DNA of 64,000 nucleotides from Octopus sinensis (GCF_006345805.1 NC_043000.1:130448001-130512000); one strand, 5' to 3'; positions 28,601 to 39,879 are shown, counted from the first letter of the stretch. Numbers and translations are program-made. Notes: a model not told the origin generated them from the letters alone.

Positions 28601-28948
28601 ACACAAAGACACACACACACACACAGACACACACACACACAAAGACACACACACACGCACACATGCACACATAAAATCCACGTATACAATTATGTGGATG
28701 TGTATATATACTTCAATAACAAGTATATGTATACATGTTTGTGAATCTCTCTCTCTCTCTCTCTCTCTGTATATATATATATATATAATATATATATATA
28801 TAGACATATTCATACTACATACATCCCCGACTTCTGATGCTATGTATATATATATATATATATATAGATTTCTACACGCTAGGCCACTGGAAGTGAAAAT
28901 GTCTATTAATTTCCATTTCCATTCGATATGATTAAGTATATATAATAT

Positions 28949-28982
<34 letters not shown>
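27855..28982. repeat. Large compound microsatellite field (TA, GA, TAGA, CA)
   Basis: Direct inspection. Confidence 0.9.
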
Positions 28983-31562
28983 AGATGGCTCATTTTCTTC
29001 CACGAGAACGTAGATCTAAAATCGAACCGGACAACAGCATCGTCCGAATACGGCCGGCTTTTTAAAACATTGGATACGCCGCCACCTAACCCAAGACTGA
29101 AGAAGTTTGAGGACGACTTGTGGGACATAGTTAGAAAGATTAAGTTCAGGAAGTCACCCAGGAGAAATGCCCACCTCAGATACCTAGATAAAATTACCAA
29201 GGACATTAATAGAACGGACGGAGTCCTGGTCCAGTCCGACAAGACCAGGAACACATACAAGATGCCCATTAAGCAGTACCTAGATTTACTCGGTAAAGAG
29301 ATCAAGAAAAATTATAGAAAAACCAATTGGAGTATCCTGAGGAAGGTAAACTTGGAAATTAAGGAAATAATATTTAAACACCGAATTCAAATGAGAACTC
29401 AGCCGCTTAGCCCTAAGCAACCCAGATTTATAGTGAAGGACCATAAACCGAACTTCCACACCAACCCAGCGCTAAGACTCATATGCCCCGCTAGATCTGA
29501 TATCGGGATAATCAGTAAGTACATTTTAGATAAATATATCCCTAGTTTAGTAAACAAGCTGAAGCTCAGCCTCTGGGCCAACTCCTCGCAGGTAGTGAAG
29601 TGGTTCTCTTCCATCCCCAATAAGAACCGTACTAGGTTCATTCAGTTTGATATCGCCAGCTTCTACCCCTCGATTAACCCTAGTGTGCTAAATAAGGCCC
29701 TCTGGCATGCTCACAACAAGGCTGGCCTCACCAGAGAAGAGATAGATATCATTTTAGTTGCCAGGAAATCGTTTATTAAGTTCGATAATAAGTTGTGGAT
29801 CCGTAAAGATACTCCCAATGAATTTGATGTGCCTATGGGTAGTTCGGATAGTGCGCAGATAGCCGATTTGGTCGGAATATATATTCTCTACGAATTGTCC
29901 GACCAATTCCCGGAGATCGCGGGCGGCCTGTATCGTGACGATTGTCTGTTTTACCTGCAAAACACCACGAACAGAATAGTGCAGAAAACTAAGAGCAGGT
30001 TAGCTAGGTTTTTTAATAGAATGGGCATGAGTATAGTTTTTGATAATGAACTCACCAAGGCTAATTTCCTAGATGTTACACTTAACCTTAATAGCGACTC
30101 ATACTGCCCTTACCATAAGCCTTCCACTAATTTGAAGTATGTCAGTGTTTTCTCAAATCATGCCAAAACCGTAACAGACAATTTGGTTAAAAACAACTCT
30201 CTAAGATTGTCTGGCTTGTCCGCCAGTGCCGATATTTTTATGCAGAAAGCGGAATTTTATAACGCCGCACTATCCAAGGCCGGTTATAGGCAGAAGGTAA
30301 TTTATATTGATCCGGCCCTTCCGATGCCATCATTCGGTCATCAGGATAGGGCCGTATATAACAACATTAACATTTTAAGTAAGGACGGGAGCGCGGCGGA
30401 TGCCGGGGTAGTCGATCCCGCATTTAATTTAGCGAACAAGGATAATTATCGGTCCGGGAGGTCTCACACTAACCCAAGACCCGTTATTCATCCGAGAATC
30501 ACCCACCCGAACGCGAGAGCTGGCGTCCCGACCCATCACACTGATAGGAATAAGCATATATGGTTTGTAATCCCCTTTGGTAAGCAGATTAGAACTAACC
30601 TCCCCCTCATGTTTAGACAAGCCATCGCCAATAACTTCCCCAGAAATTCCAAATATTACTCCACGGTTAACTCGCATAAAGTTAGGATAGCTTTCTCCAA
30701 CACTAAAAACCTCGCCCAGATAATCGCCTCCCATAATAATAGGCTACTTACTAAGACCCTATCACCTTTTTCCGGAGGCACAGCCTCTTCCGCTCCCGGT
30801 TTAATGCTCAGTAGGAATAATTATAGTAGTAATAATGATATGAGAGCCAGTACAGTGACACATAATCTCAGCTCCAGCCAGGGAGTACCCACTAGGGGTA
30901 TAGTTATAAATAGGGGTGTCGTGGTTGACGGTAACAATGGGAGTAGGGTAGAGAGCCCCAATAGCATCCCCAGCATCATTTCCCGCAATAGCAGCACCAC
31001 GGGCAGTAGCAATGACAGCACTCTGATAGATAGTGGAGAATCAGGGGTTATTCCTATAGTTAATAGTGATGTAGTAGAAAATAGAGTAGTAAGCGGCTGC
31101 AGGTCTCGGAACGAATATAGTGACAGGAACGCAGTTCTAATTTCAGAAACTAATCCTAGCAGAATAAGATTCACGTCAGCGAACTCCAAGATCAAAAACG
31201 CCGTCTACCAATGCAAGGTTTACACGGACTCAGATGTCTTCACTTATGTAGGGGCCTCATCCTCAAGATTGTCTTTGCGTGTCTCCAACCATTACGCAAC
31301 TTTTCGGGACATGAACAAGCGCCAGACCACGGGACTCAGTAAGCTAATATGGCGACTGAAGGATACGAACTTAAGCTACAGGCTGGAATGGTCAATTTTG
31401 TCGGTGGCCCTCCCATTTGATAGGGGCAGAAGGCAGTGCAACCTTTGTGTCTCCGAACTCTTCCATATTTTGTTTGCCAGAGGCCGGATGGTAACCGGGC
31501 TTTTACAGTCGGCTTTTCGATGCCCCCATTGGCGGCGTTACACTTATCTGGCCTTTAAATAG
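28983..31562 (+). CDS. PLE polyprotein: reverse transcriptase plus C-terminal GIY-YIG endonuclease (frame open from 28983; the annotated TTG start at 29070 is not a real start)
   Basis: RWLIFFHEN (N-terminal PLE motif), QSDKTRNTY, KDHKPNF..RLICPARSDIGIISKYILD, FDIASFYPSI, DVPMGSSDSAQIADLVG, YRDD (29931-29942), FLDVTLNL, PYHKP, IWFVIPFGK, SHNNRLL, AVYQCKV...TYVG....RVSNH, CNLCVSE, CPH. No stop until TAG 31560-31562. Confidence 0.9.
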   Translation, partial: RWLIFFHENVDLKSNRTTASSEYGRLFKTLDTPPPNPRLKKFEDDLWDIVRKIKFRKSPRRNAHLRYLDKITKDINRTDGVLVQSDKTRNTYKMPIKQYLDLLGKEIKKNYRKTNWSILRKVNLEIKEIIFKHRIQMRTQPLSPKQPRFIVKDHKPNFHTNPALRLICPARSDIGIISKYILDKYIPSLVNKLKLSLWANSSQVVKWFSSIPNKNRTRFIQFDIASFYPSINPSVLNKALWHAHNKAGLTREEIDIILVARKSFIKFDNKLWIRKDTPNEFDVPMGSSDSAQIADLVGIYILYELSDQFPEIAGGLYRDDCLFYLQNTTNRIVQKTKSRLARFFNRMGMSIVFDNELTKANFLDVTLNLNSDSYCPYHKPSTNLKYVSVFSNHAKTVTDNLVKNNSLRLSGLSASADIFMQKAEFYNAALSKAGYRQKVIYIDPALPMPSFGHQDRAVYNNINILSKDGSAADAGVVDPAFNLANKDNYRSGRSHTNPRPVIHPRITHPNARAGVPTHHTDRNKHIWFVIPFGKQIRTNLPLMFRQAIANNFPRNSKYYSTVNSHKVRIAFSNTKNLAQIIASHNNRLLTKTLSPFSGGTASSAPGLMLSRNNYSSNNDMRASTVTHNLSSSQGVPTRGIVINRGVVVDGNNGSRVESPNSIPSIISRNSSTTGSSNDSTLIDSGESGVIPIVNSDVVENRVVSGCRSRNEYSDRNAVLISETNPSRIRFTSANSKIKNAVYQCKVYTDSDVFTYVGASSSRLSLRVSNHYATFRDMNKRQTTGLSKLIWRLKDTNLSYRLEWSILSVALPFDRGRRQCNLCVSELFHILFARGRMVTGLLQSAFRCPHWRRYTYLAFK

Positions 31563-32164
31563 CGTTTATAAATAATACCGGCACCCATAGCCCTTGGTAA
31601 CAAATTCTGAAATAGCCTTTAAGATATCTACGATTGACCACTGCAAGGGGAATTACTCCTGTAAGACAAACGGGGCTTGGTTTTTTCACAGCGGGGGGTT
31701 TCCTTGACAAGGTAGGCTTAGATGAACACACACACACATAAAACATAATATATATATATAATTTTTTTATTTTTTTCTTTCTGCCACCCAACGGTTCTCG
31801 CGGCAGTAGCCACTGACAGCCGAACGATCAAACGCACACACGTACACAAAAAATGTTTTCTACCCCTACGCCAACACACACATATATAGAACAGTATACA
31901 CACACACACGTCTCTAAGTAGATTTTTTCTCGCCCCTTATAAAACATCTAATATTCCTTAAATAGTCAGAACTTTATTCTCGGTCACAAAGAACACCCAC
32001 ACACCCTCACCCACATGATTGACCGATGCCTGACCCGTTAAATTCTTCAGCCACCGGTTCTCAACATACACTGATAAACAGTTTCGCCATGGGCTCTTAG
32101 GAGCATAGTTCGATTTGTTTTTGCTCCGCCTCTGTTCTGTTTTTGTTTTTCCAACGGATTTCCT

Positions 32165-32256
32165 ATTTTCTTTCTGAAGAGAAAGACACAATATGGTCCC
32201 ATTATTCAATCGGATTTTGGTAATTTGTGCCTTTCGAAACACGTGTAGAATGAAAT
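32165..32256 (+). ncRNA. Hammerhead ribozyme with palindromic stem III and extended stem II
   Basis: CUGAAGA (32174-32180); stem II GAAAGACACAA...UUGUGCCUUUC (32181-32235); GAA then ACACGUGU (32239-32246); A17 at 32247 (GUA triplet); stem I AUUUUCUUU pairs with GAAUGAAAU (one mismatch, two G-U). Confidence 0.8.
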
Positions 32257-32466
32257 AAAACGATTTCTGTTCAATCTGCGTTCAGCTCCATTTCTTCAAT
32301 TCACCAATAATGTTTTAATTTCAATTATCCGCACCAACGCACGGTTGCAACACCATATGGTTGTACCTCCAACCGTGCTGTTTACTGCTGTGATTTTTGC
32401 TACTAAGGTATCGGTTAAACTTTTGATTAATCTACTACAAGATTATTCATCTTTCTATTTCACATA

Positions 32467-32507
<41 letters not shown>

Positions 32508-32510
32508 CAC

Positions 32511-32576
<66 letters not shown>

Positions 32577-32577
<1 letters not shown>

Positions 32578-32912
32578 GTATAAAGGATCGTGGGTAAAGC
32601 CAAAGCAATGCGAAGCAAATGCAAGGTAAATCAAAAGAAAGCAAATATGTGAATTGATGCATACTTACTTTGTATTCAATATTCCGGGATTATGACCCCA
32701 TTTTGAAGAAAATGACGATTGTTGCCGATGTGCGCGTTTGTGAGTTCACACACACTCACATCGGCAAGAAGTGTCAATTTCGGGAAAACGGGGTTATAAC
32801 ACAGAAATATTGAATACAAGTTAAGTCTACATTAATTCACATATTTGTTTTCTTGTGATTTACCTTGCATTTACTTCGCATTGTTTTCGCCTTACCCACA
32901 ATATTTTATACA
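32577..32912. mobile_element. Fold-back element / MITE-like palindrome (~336 bp)
   Basis: The left half is an imperfect reverse complement of the right half along its whole length, e.g. CAATGCGAAGCAAATGCAAGGTAAATC vs GATTTACCTTGCATTTACTTCGCATTG. The core is TTGCCGATGTG...CACATCGGCAA. Confidence 0.8.
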
Positions 32913-33124
32913 ATATATTCAACACACTGCTTCATAGTAATTATATATACACCTATACATATAAATTTGACATGGGCGATTCTTTCTTGTATATTTTCTT
33001 GTCTTGAGATTCACGGTCAAACGGCTGGGTTGAATTGCACGAAAAATTACACAGATGTGTAGAATGATCAGCTAGTGTTGCTGGGCGTTGTATTTTTTCA
33101 CAGCTCTCGTGGTTACCGAGATAA

Positions 33125-33690
33125 TCTACTATAATAATACTCTTGTATTTATGAATGAGAAAGGAAGGGGTGATAGATGAATAAGAAAGGAAGGGTTGAT
33201 GTATGACTTGGTAGTGGGATGATGAAAATTGTACGGTGAAAAAATAAATCAAACAGCGTTTCAACTCTGTGTATTTGGTATTTACTTACCAGCTCTTGCA
33301 TTTATTCACATTTATGTGGCCTGAAGTCGGATAAAAAGGAAGGAAATTTTTTTAATTCTTTTGAAGGAAACAGGCAGTCAAAGGATGTTAGTTGACGATA
33401 ACTAAAAACTTGGTTTTGTACCTTATCTACTATAATAATATTCTTGTGTTTTTCTCCCTCACAACATATAAATGAGAAAGGAAGTAGTGATGGCAAACTT
33501 CGTAATGGTATGATGGAAACTGTACGCTGAAAAAGATAAATAAAACCTGAAAATTCTGTTAAAGGAAACAAGCAGTCAAAGGATGTTAATTGCGGGTAGA
33601 TTTTTCACAAAACAATTTAGTAATAAATGTACCTTATTTATATATAAAATACTACAATCAGCCGTCATCTTCGACGGCACGGGGACCTGC

Positions 33691-33693
<3 letters not shown>
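33125..33693 (+). mobile_element. Non-autonomous Helitron with duplicated 5' unit
   Basis: A|TCTACTATAATAATA 5' ends at 33125 and 33426. 3' hairpin GCCGTC-ATCTTC-GACGGC (33661-33678), then CTAG|T ending at 33693. Confidence 0.75.
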
Positions 33694-33731
<38 letters not shown>

Positions 33732-34004
33732 AGTAAATGTGATAAGTCGAATTGCACAGAATATTAAATAGATTTAATAGAAAAAAAATGTACATCTGTA
33801 TGGATATAAAATAGTCCGACTTACAGAATATAAATGATATCAGGAGTTAAATGAGTAGAGTTTTACGAGTCGAACAGCTGATTTTGGGAGCTTGGTGGTC
33901 TAGAGTAATGATAGTTACTTGAATCCATTATCAGATAACACCGCCCCCTTCTTCAGGGGAGAATTTTACATTTGAGGTGTTGACAGGAGGAATGCATATG
34001 TATA

Positions 34005-34040
<36 letters not shown>

Positions 34041-35149
34041 TGTATGTATGTATGTATATATACAACTATATATATATGTATATATATATAATATACGGAT
34101 GTTTGTACGTAAGTATGTATATATGCATGCATTTACGTATGGATGTACGTGTACAATATTCGTCAGTACTCAAGTATAAGGTAACACTAATGTTACGTCA
34201 TATTTAGTATGGCCGACAGTTCATCTCTAACAGGTAGAACATGACGATAAGCACAAACGATATTCGCCGAACCTTTGTATATATTTTTTCATACCTGAAT
34301 ATATCTGATTAAAGTATGTTTTCTTGAAAAGGTTATGTATTAGCAGAAAACAATTTTATTGATTTGATTCGTTTATTTTTCGGCTTTTAACAAACGCTTG
34401 CTTTTATTTGAAACTGCTTAGACTTCAGATGATTTTCAGCTGAAGAACGATAAGCTGAACAATATGTGAAATAATACCTACAAGCTGTACTAAATGTATA
34501 CAGTTTTAGTCTAAATCTTCACTGACAAAAATAACTGTTCTTATCTAATGTCGACGGTTCGTCTTTTTCCACTTGTTAATATTTGATTTAATTTTTCCTT
34601 TAGAGAAATAATTTTATGTATATTTATTTTCTATTAGATGTATATGTATATCACAACAGTTTAGATCAATAATACCTTCAGTTTACAGACGCATTTAGTT
34701 CCGCATTTGCCTTGATAACTACTGTGCTTTTCTTGCTGTTTTTATCTATTTTTTAATCTGGTGTTAAATTCGTTCACATACATTACTCACCGGTGTGTTT
34801 ACTCTAGTATTGATTCACTCATACGTTGCGTTCTCAGCTTTTGAAAGTGAATAATTTAGAAATGCACGACGGATAGCGTTTCAATTCCATATATGAATAT
34901 TTGAACTAAAAAGCAGGTTTTTGAAAAACACACCATGCCTAATTTTATTGGTATACGCATTAGGATATTGAACACTAGGACATATTCTCATTTTATGAGT
35001 GGGCGGTCGGTTAACTTTATTTGGTTCGACAGTAAACGGGGTTATATCTTTAAGGAAGCATGCACATAGAACTGAACCCACTTCCTATGATAATACATGG
35101 TCTGCACTTATTTTCATTAAATTAAAAATCCACTTGTTGGTATTCTTAC

Positions 35150-35383
35150 CTATTTCTTTACTACTCACAAGGGGCTAAACACAGAGAGGACAAACAAGGA
35201 CAGACACACGGATTAAGTCGATTATATCGACCCCAGTGCGTAACTGGTCCTTATTTAATCGACCCGAAAAGATGAAAGGCCAAGTCGACCTCGGCGGAAT
35301 TTGAACTCAGAACGTAACGGCAGACGAAATACTGCTAAGTATTTCGCCCGGCGTGCTTAACGTTTCTGCCAGCTCACCGCCTT
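35150..35383 (-). mobile_element. tRNA-derived SINE, family B, with ~20-bp TSD
   Basis: Family B sequence; ACTTGTT(G/A)GTATTCTTACCT at 35132-35151 and 35392-35411. Confidence 0.9.
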
Positions 35384-36279
35384 ACAAGAATACTTGTTAG
35401 TATTCTTACCTTTGAAGCGTCAAAATAAATCTACGCTCCCATTCAGGGAAGCAATTTTATGAAAATTGTTATCGAATGAACTTATGAAGTTCAATTGGTC
35501 TCTTTTTGATATCTTGCTCTTTGTCCCATAACGAAGGATTTGAAATATGTGGATGTTTCCAATGTTCATGTTTCTGTTGCCTTTTGAAAGATGGCTTACG
35601 AACCTGGCAAAGAAACGCTGCTTTTGGAATAATGTTATTTTACATTCATTTTGTCTTCATACACAACCTTGATAAATATATTTTATTTATGAAATTCGTT
35701 TGTGAGGTTGTAAATAATTTTCGATAAAGCTTGTCTCGTGGATCAACTTTGGATTTACTCAAATGACAATAAAATTATTTTTCAGCTTCTCTCATTTTTT
35801 TCTCCCTATTGATTCATCAAAACTTTGTCTCTCAACGTTTACAGGTGTTGATGACGCATTTCATGTTGTTACTCTATATCAAGCATTGCAATTAAATTAA
35901 CAGAAAGGAATGTACCATAATATTATACAAGAAGATTAAATAGCGAAATTTATGTGCTATTCTAATAAAGATAACTCCAACGGCAACAACTTTCATTGTA
36001 AACTTACATAAATAAAGGAATGCGGGCATAATTGTGTGCGTTTATGTGTGTGAGAGAGAGAGAGAGATAGAGAATGAGTGTGGGTGTTTGTGTGTGCGTG
36101 TGTGTGTGTGGGTATGGATGTTTGTGTGATGCGTGCGTGTGTCCGTGTGTGTGTGTTTATGTGAGTGTGTTTGTGTATATAAACACACACATCCATACAT
36201 GCAAACATCTTTCTCCGCCTGTCTCTGAAATATATAGAATGAGTTGGTGTTTATATTTCCTTGGTTATTGCTTCTTCTT

Positions 36280-39240
36280 CCACAGTTGACCATCATATCA
36301 CTAACTGACATACCTGAGCAATAGCTAGTCTCTTCAGTCATCCTGCTTCTAATTTCTCAGCATTCATCAAATTGTCTCGCTTTTCTCGAATATAATATTT
36401 TAATGGTTAGTTTACTGAAATACCCAAGTGTAATTACTGCGACATGAAACTGCAGTTGACAATTTTCCGTGTAGTTTTAGTATCCATCTTCTGCTTTGCA
36501 GATTTGGAGTTGGTCCCATTCTAATAATATTGACTTCTTCAACAGATTTCCCAGTTGCTGTTAACTATACTTTCTTCAATGAAATTATATTCTGCTTTCG
36601 TCAGTATTCTACCATTCTGAATGTCAGAAAGAACATTAGTTGTGGTAAAGTCTTGAAGAATTGTGTCTTTAGTTTAAAGATTAGGAAAGTGAAACATCAC
36701 ATCAAAATAAGAGTAAAGTTTTGGTTTTTCCATGGACAGTTGGTTTTAGAGACACCGTCTTTGTGACTTAGATTTGGAAAGATGTAATTGATGTCGTTTC
36801 ATCCATATTACTTTTTTTCAGAATCTATATCCCCACTCAACTTGATCACATATTTATGGAAATTCAATAGGTCTTTCAACACTCGTCAAATATCTATGAA
36901 ACCCCGTGGAGCATGTAAGCATCCCTCTGTATGAAATAGTTGCTAGGATCTGTGCACCTACTCGTATGGCTCTTCTTTCTTCAAATCGTCTTGTCTCGCA
37001 TATTATCATCTCTGTTGAGACTTTATACTATTACACTTCATTAAGTGAGTTTCTTTGCATCATACTTTCATCTACTTATGAGAATTTTCGAGTCATGATG
37101 AAGCCCATGTTTCCTCCTTCCCGTTCTGTATATGACACTTATTTACTGCATTCTAGAATACTCTTTTTGTTTTACTAGTCCATGCAGTTGTTCAGGTATC
37201 TGATTGCCGCTACGTCTGTCTTCTCTGCTATTATGTAGAGACATAGAAAGGTATTGTCAGCTGAATAACCGAACTGACAGCTAAAATATGCTGTTACTTT
37301 TTCCTGCTTAAATATGTCGTGTAAGACATTATTATTGTCTCTTACCATAAATCAAACAAAAGAAATAGTTTTCTGTAGCCAGTACCTATTAATCTTTGTA
37401 AACTTTTCTCTAGTTACCATCAATACAGTACAAAACAAAACAGTATGTCAGTCATTATACAGTGATATATTTATTACGAGAGATTAGTATATGTAAATTT
37501 ATATTACAAGACTGGGGTTCGAGTAAACACGAAAAACTTGCTAGCAAATTTTAACCTATTGATTTATTGATAAAGAACAAGATTACTTCTGGGGATTTTT
37601 TTCGACAAAATTACATTTAATGAGCTGAAAAATACATAATTGTTTGTTGTATTGCACCTATCAGAGAGTCGTCTTTTTCAGGTAATCTAGTGTAGTATCT
37701 TCCAAGTTATAGCACTATGTACACTTTCAAAAGCTTCGCAAAATCTACAAAGCCATTATCAAAGATTGTCTAAAGTGGTTACATTGTTGTATATCTAAGT
37801 GAAAATATATTCCTAATGCGAACTTGCATTTACTGGAAATCTACTTGCTTATCTCTTAATAAACTTTCCAAGTAAGCTACCTCTTATTCATAATAACTAA
37901 ACTGAACACAATCTATATTATGCTATTCAGGTTTGTACTTCTTCAGTTGCCATACTATCTGAGATATCACTTCTCTTTTATTATTCTGTTAACTATACTA
38001 ATTTCCCAATCTTCAGGTAACGATTCAATATGCCATATAATACAAAGCTGCTTTAAGAGTGCCCTTGTAGTCTCGTGCTTATCTGTTCTTAATAATCTTT
38101 CAATAATCTTTCAGTAATTGCGCCTAATACAGGAGCCTATCATTTCTTTAATTGTTCGGTGGCTCTTCGTGTTCAACAGATAATTCATACAAGACTTTCA
38201 GCTACTCTCGTAGTTTAGGAATTATCAGAGCATTTCTCCTATTAAACGCCATGTTCATGATCATATTAAAAGCTCTAACCATCTCTCTTAGATGTTTATA
38301 TGAGATGTTATTATTTCCCCATCATTACTAAATACAGGTAGTCCTTTTGATCTCTTTAGTGTCCCTATAATCTCATTTATTATTTCATAAGCTTTTCTAA
38401 TTCCTCTGTTCTACCTGCTTTATTGGTTTTCATTTCTAAGAACCTCCTTTTATCTCTTTTTCAACAAATTTTCACCTTTCTGTTGAGGCTCCAATGTTTA
38501 GCTATTTCCGATTTAAGACCCTTATTATTTTCTTTCCGATTTTTACTAAGTTATTTTTGTTATCTTCACGCGTCAGTGACCTCCTATGTTTCACCTGAAA
38601 TCCACATCCGTTTTTTTCATTTTCTTTCTGCCCTTTCATATATTTCGTTTAAATTCTTACACGGATCATATATTTCTTCATTATTTTCATCGACAAAATC
38701 CGGTACTACAAATCGATTCCAAAGTTCAGTTACGAATTCTTTATTAACCGCCTGATCTTACGTCTTTTATTCTGTTGATTTTCGTTTTTCTATTTATAAT
38801 CTTTTTTCTTTTGTAGGGTTTCTTAGCTTTGATTTTTCATTGAATTCTTTCTAATATTAACTGACGGCTACTTCCAGTATCTCTATCAAGATATTGTAAC
38901 ATTTAGCAACGAATCTTTGACGATTTATCAAAATAAAATCTATTTAATTATGATATGCTTTCATTTGGAGGTATGAAATTATATTTATGAATATATCTGC
39001 GTTTAAAGAAAACATCTCCAATGATAAGATTATGGACTGCACAGAAACTGATAAGTTTTTCGTAAGCATTTCGAAGCCATTGTATACCCCTCGTCAGTTC
39101 CATACTCTTGCAACAATTATTATAAAGAATCTTTGTCTTAATTGGTTGCATTATGTACAAATCCATAACAAGCAATAATACTGATGTTGCATTTAAATTT
39201 CAATGGAAGCATCTATTATTAGCTGAAGGTTTCCATCGAA
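36280..39240 (-). mobile_element. Decayed RTE-like LINE (APE endonuclease + RT relic)
   Basis: Minus strand encodes LISFCAVHNLIIGDVFFKRRYIHKYNFIPP (end of APE domain, ORF 38948-39175), LPEDWEISIV (~37960-38010) and GFVDFAK-AFESVH with an indel (~37715-37755). Confidence 0.65.
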
Positions 39241-39319
39241 ATAATTCTCTTGAAGCATTTTGGTTTTAAAACAGAATCGAACCTACTCCATCCCGCTCTA
39301 CAATTACTCCTCTTCGAGG

Positions 39320-39430
39320 AGCTCAGGTGTTTTTGCTCAATAAACACTCACAATGCCCGGTCTGGGAATCGAAACCGCCCTCTTACTACCGCGAGTCCGC
39401 TGCCCTAACCACTGGGCCATTGCGCCTCCA
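39320..39430 (-). mobile_element. tRNA-derived SINE head, family C
   Basis: Reverse complement TGGAGGCGCAATGGCCCAGTGGTTAGGGCAGCGGACTCGCGG...GGTTTCGATTCCCAGACCGGGC matches 49889-50160. Confidence 0.8.
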
Positions 39431-39879
39431 CTGCTACAGTTGTTGTGTTTATTGTTCATCTTTATCATATACTTCAAATATATGATACTTAAAATATGGA
39501 GACTTAAATATGGAAACTTAAATGTAAACAGGTTTTCAAAAAATAAGTAGAGAAAAAAATGGTAAATAGAAGTGACATACAATGAAAGCACCGAGGAGGA
39601 GGAATAGAAAATAAAGAGTAGTATCAGAGAAGTAAAATCAGGAAGAGGAGAAGGATGTGTAGAGGGATATATGGGAGGGAACAGTGATAACAGCGCAAAA
39701 AAGGAATAAGGAGGACATAAACACGAAGAATTAAAGAACTAAAGAAAAACCAAAGAACAGAAAAGAAAAGGGTAACGAGTCAGAAGTAGAAGAATAAAAG
39801 AAAGAGGTCGGGGAATCGTAAAATGAATGAAAGAAAAGGATAGCAGAAGGAAAATGAACGTGGAGAAGATACACTGCAG

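Larger units (their letters stand above)
28983..32465 (+). mobile_element. Penelope-like retroelement (Naiad-like), 5'-truncated, with intact long frame and 3' UTR/pLTR
   Basis: Long RT/GIY-YIG frame followed by ~900 bp containing a hammerhead. It is bounded by (TA)n at both ends and is more GC-rich than its flanks. Confidence 0.85.

Noticed and set aside
29399-31195. Antisense ORFs of 68-124 aa inside the PLE ORF (also 26527-27268 inside the RTE)
   Set aside because: Expected shadows of a long coding frame; no recognisable motifs.
32069-32103. Antisense hammerhead look-alike (CUAAGA GCC-CAU-GGC GAAA CUG-UUUAU-CAG UG)
   Set aside because: G5 is missing, position 17 is G, and no stem I forms.
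31563-32465. SECIS element / selenoprotein, as described for some Naiad elements
   Set aside because: The ORF has no in-frame TGA and ends in TAG. I could not fold a RUGA..AA..GA SECIS in the 3' region.
34791-34905. Minus-strand exon ending in a perfect GTGAGT donor
   Set aside because: Stops in all three frames; such donors are common by chance.
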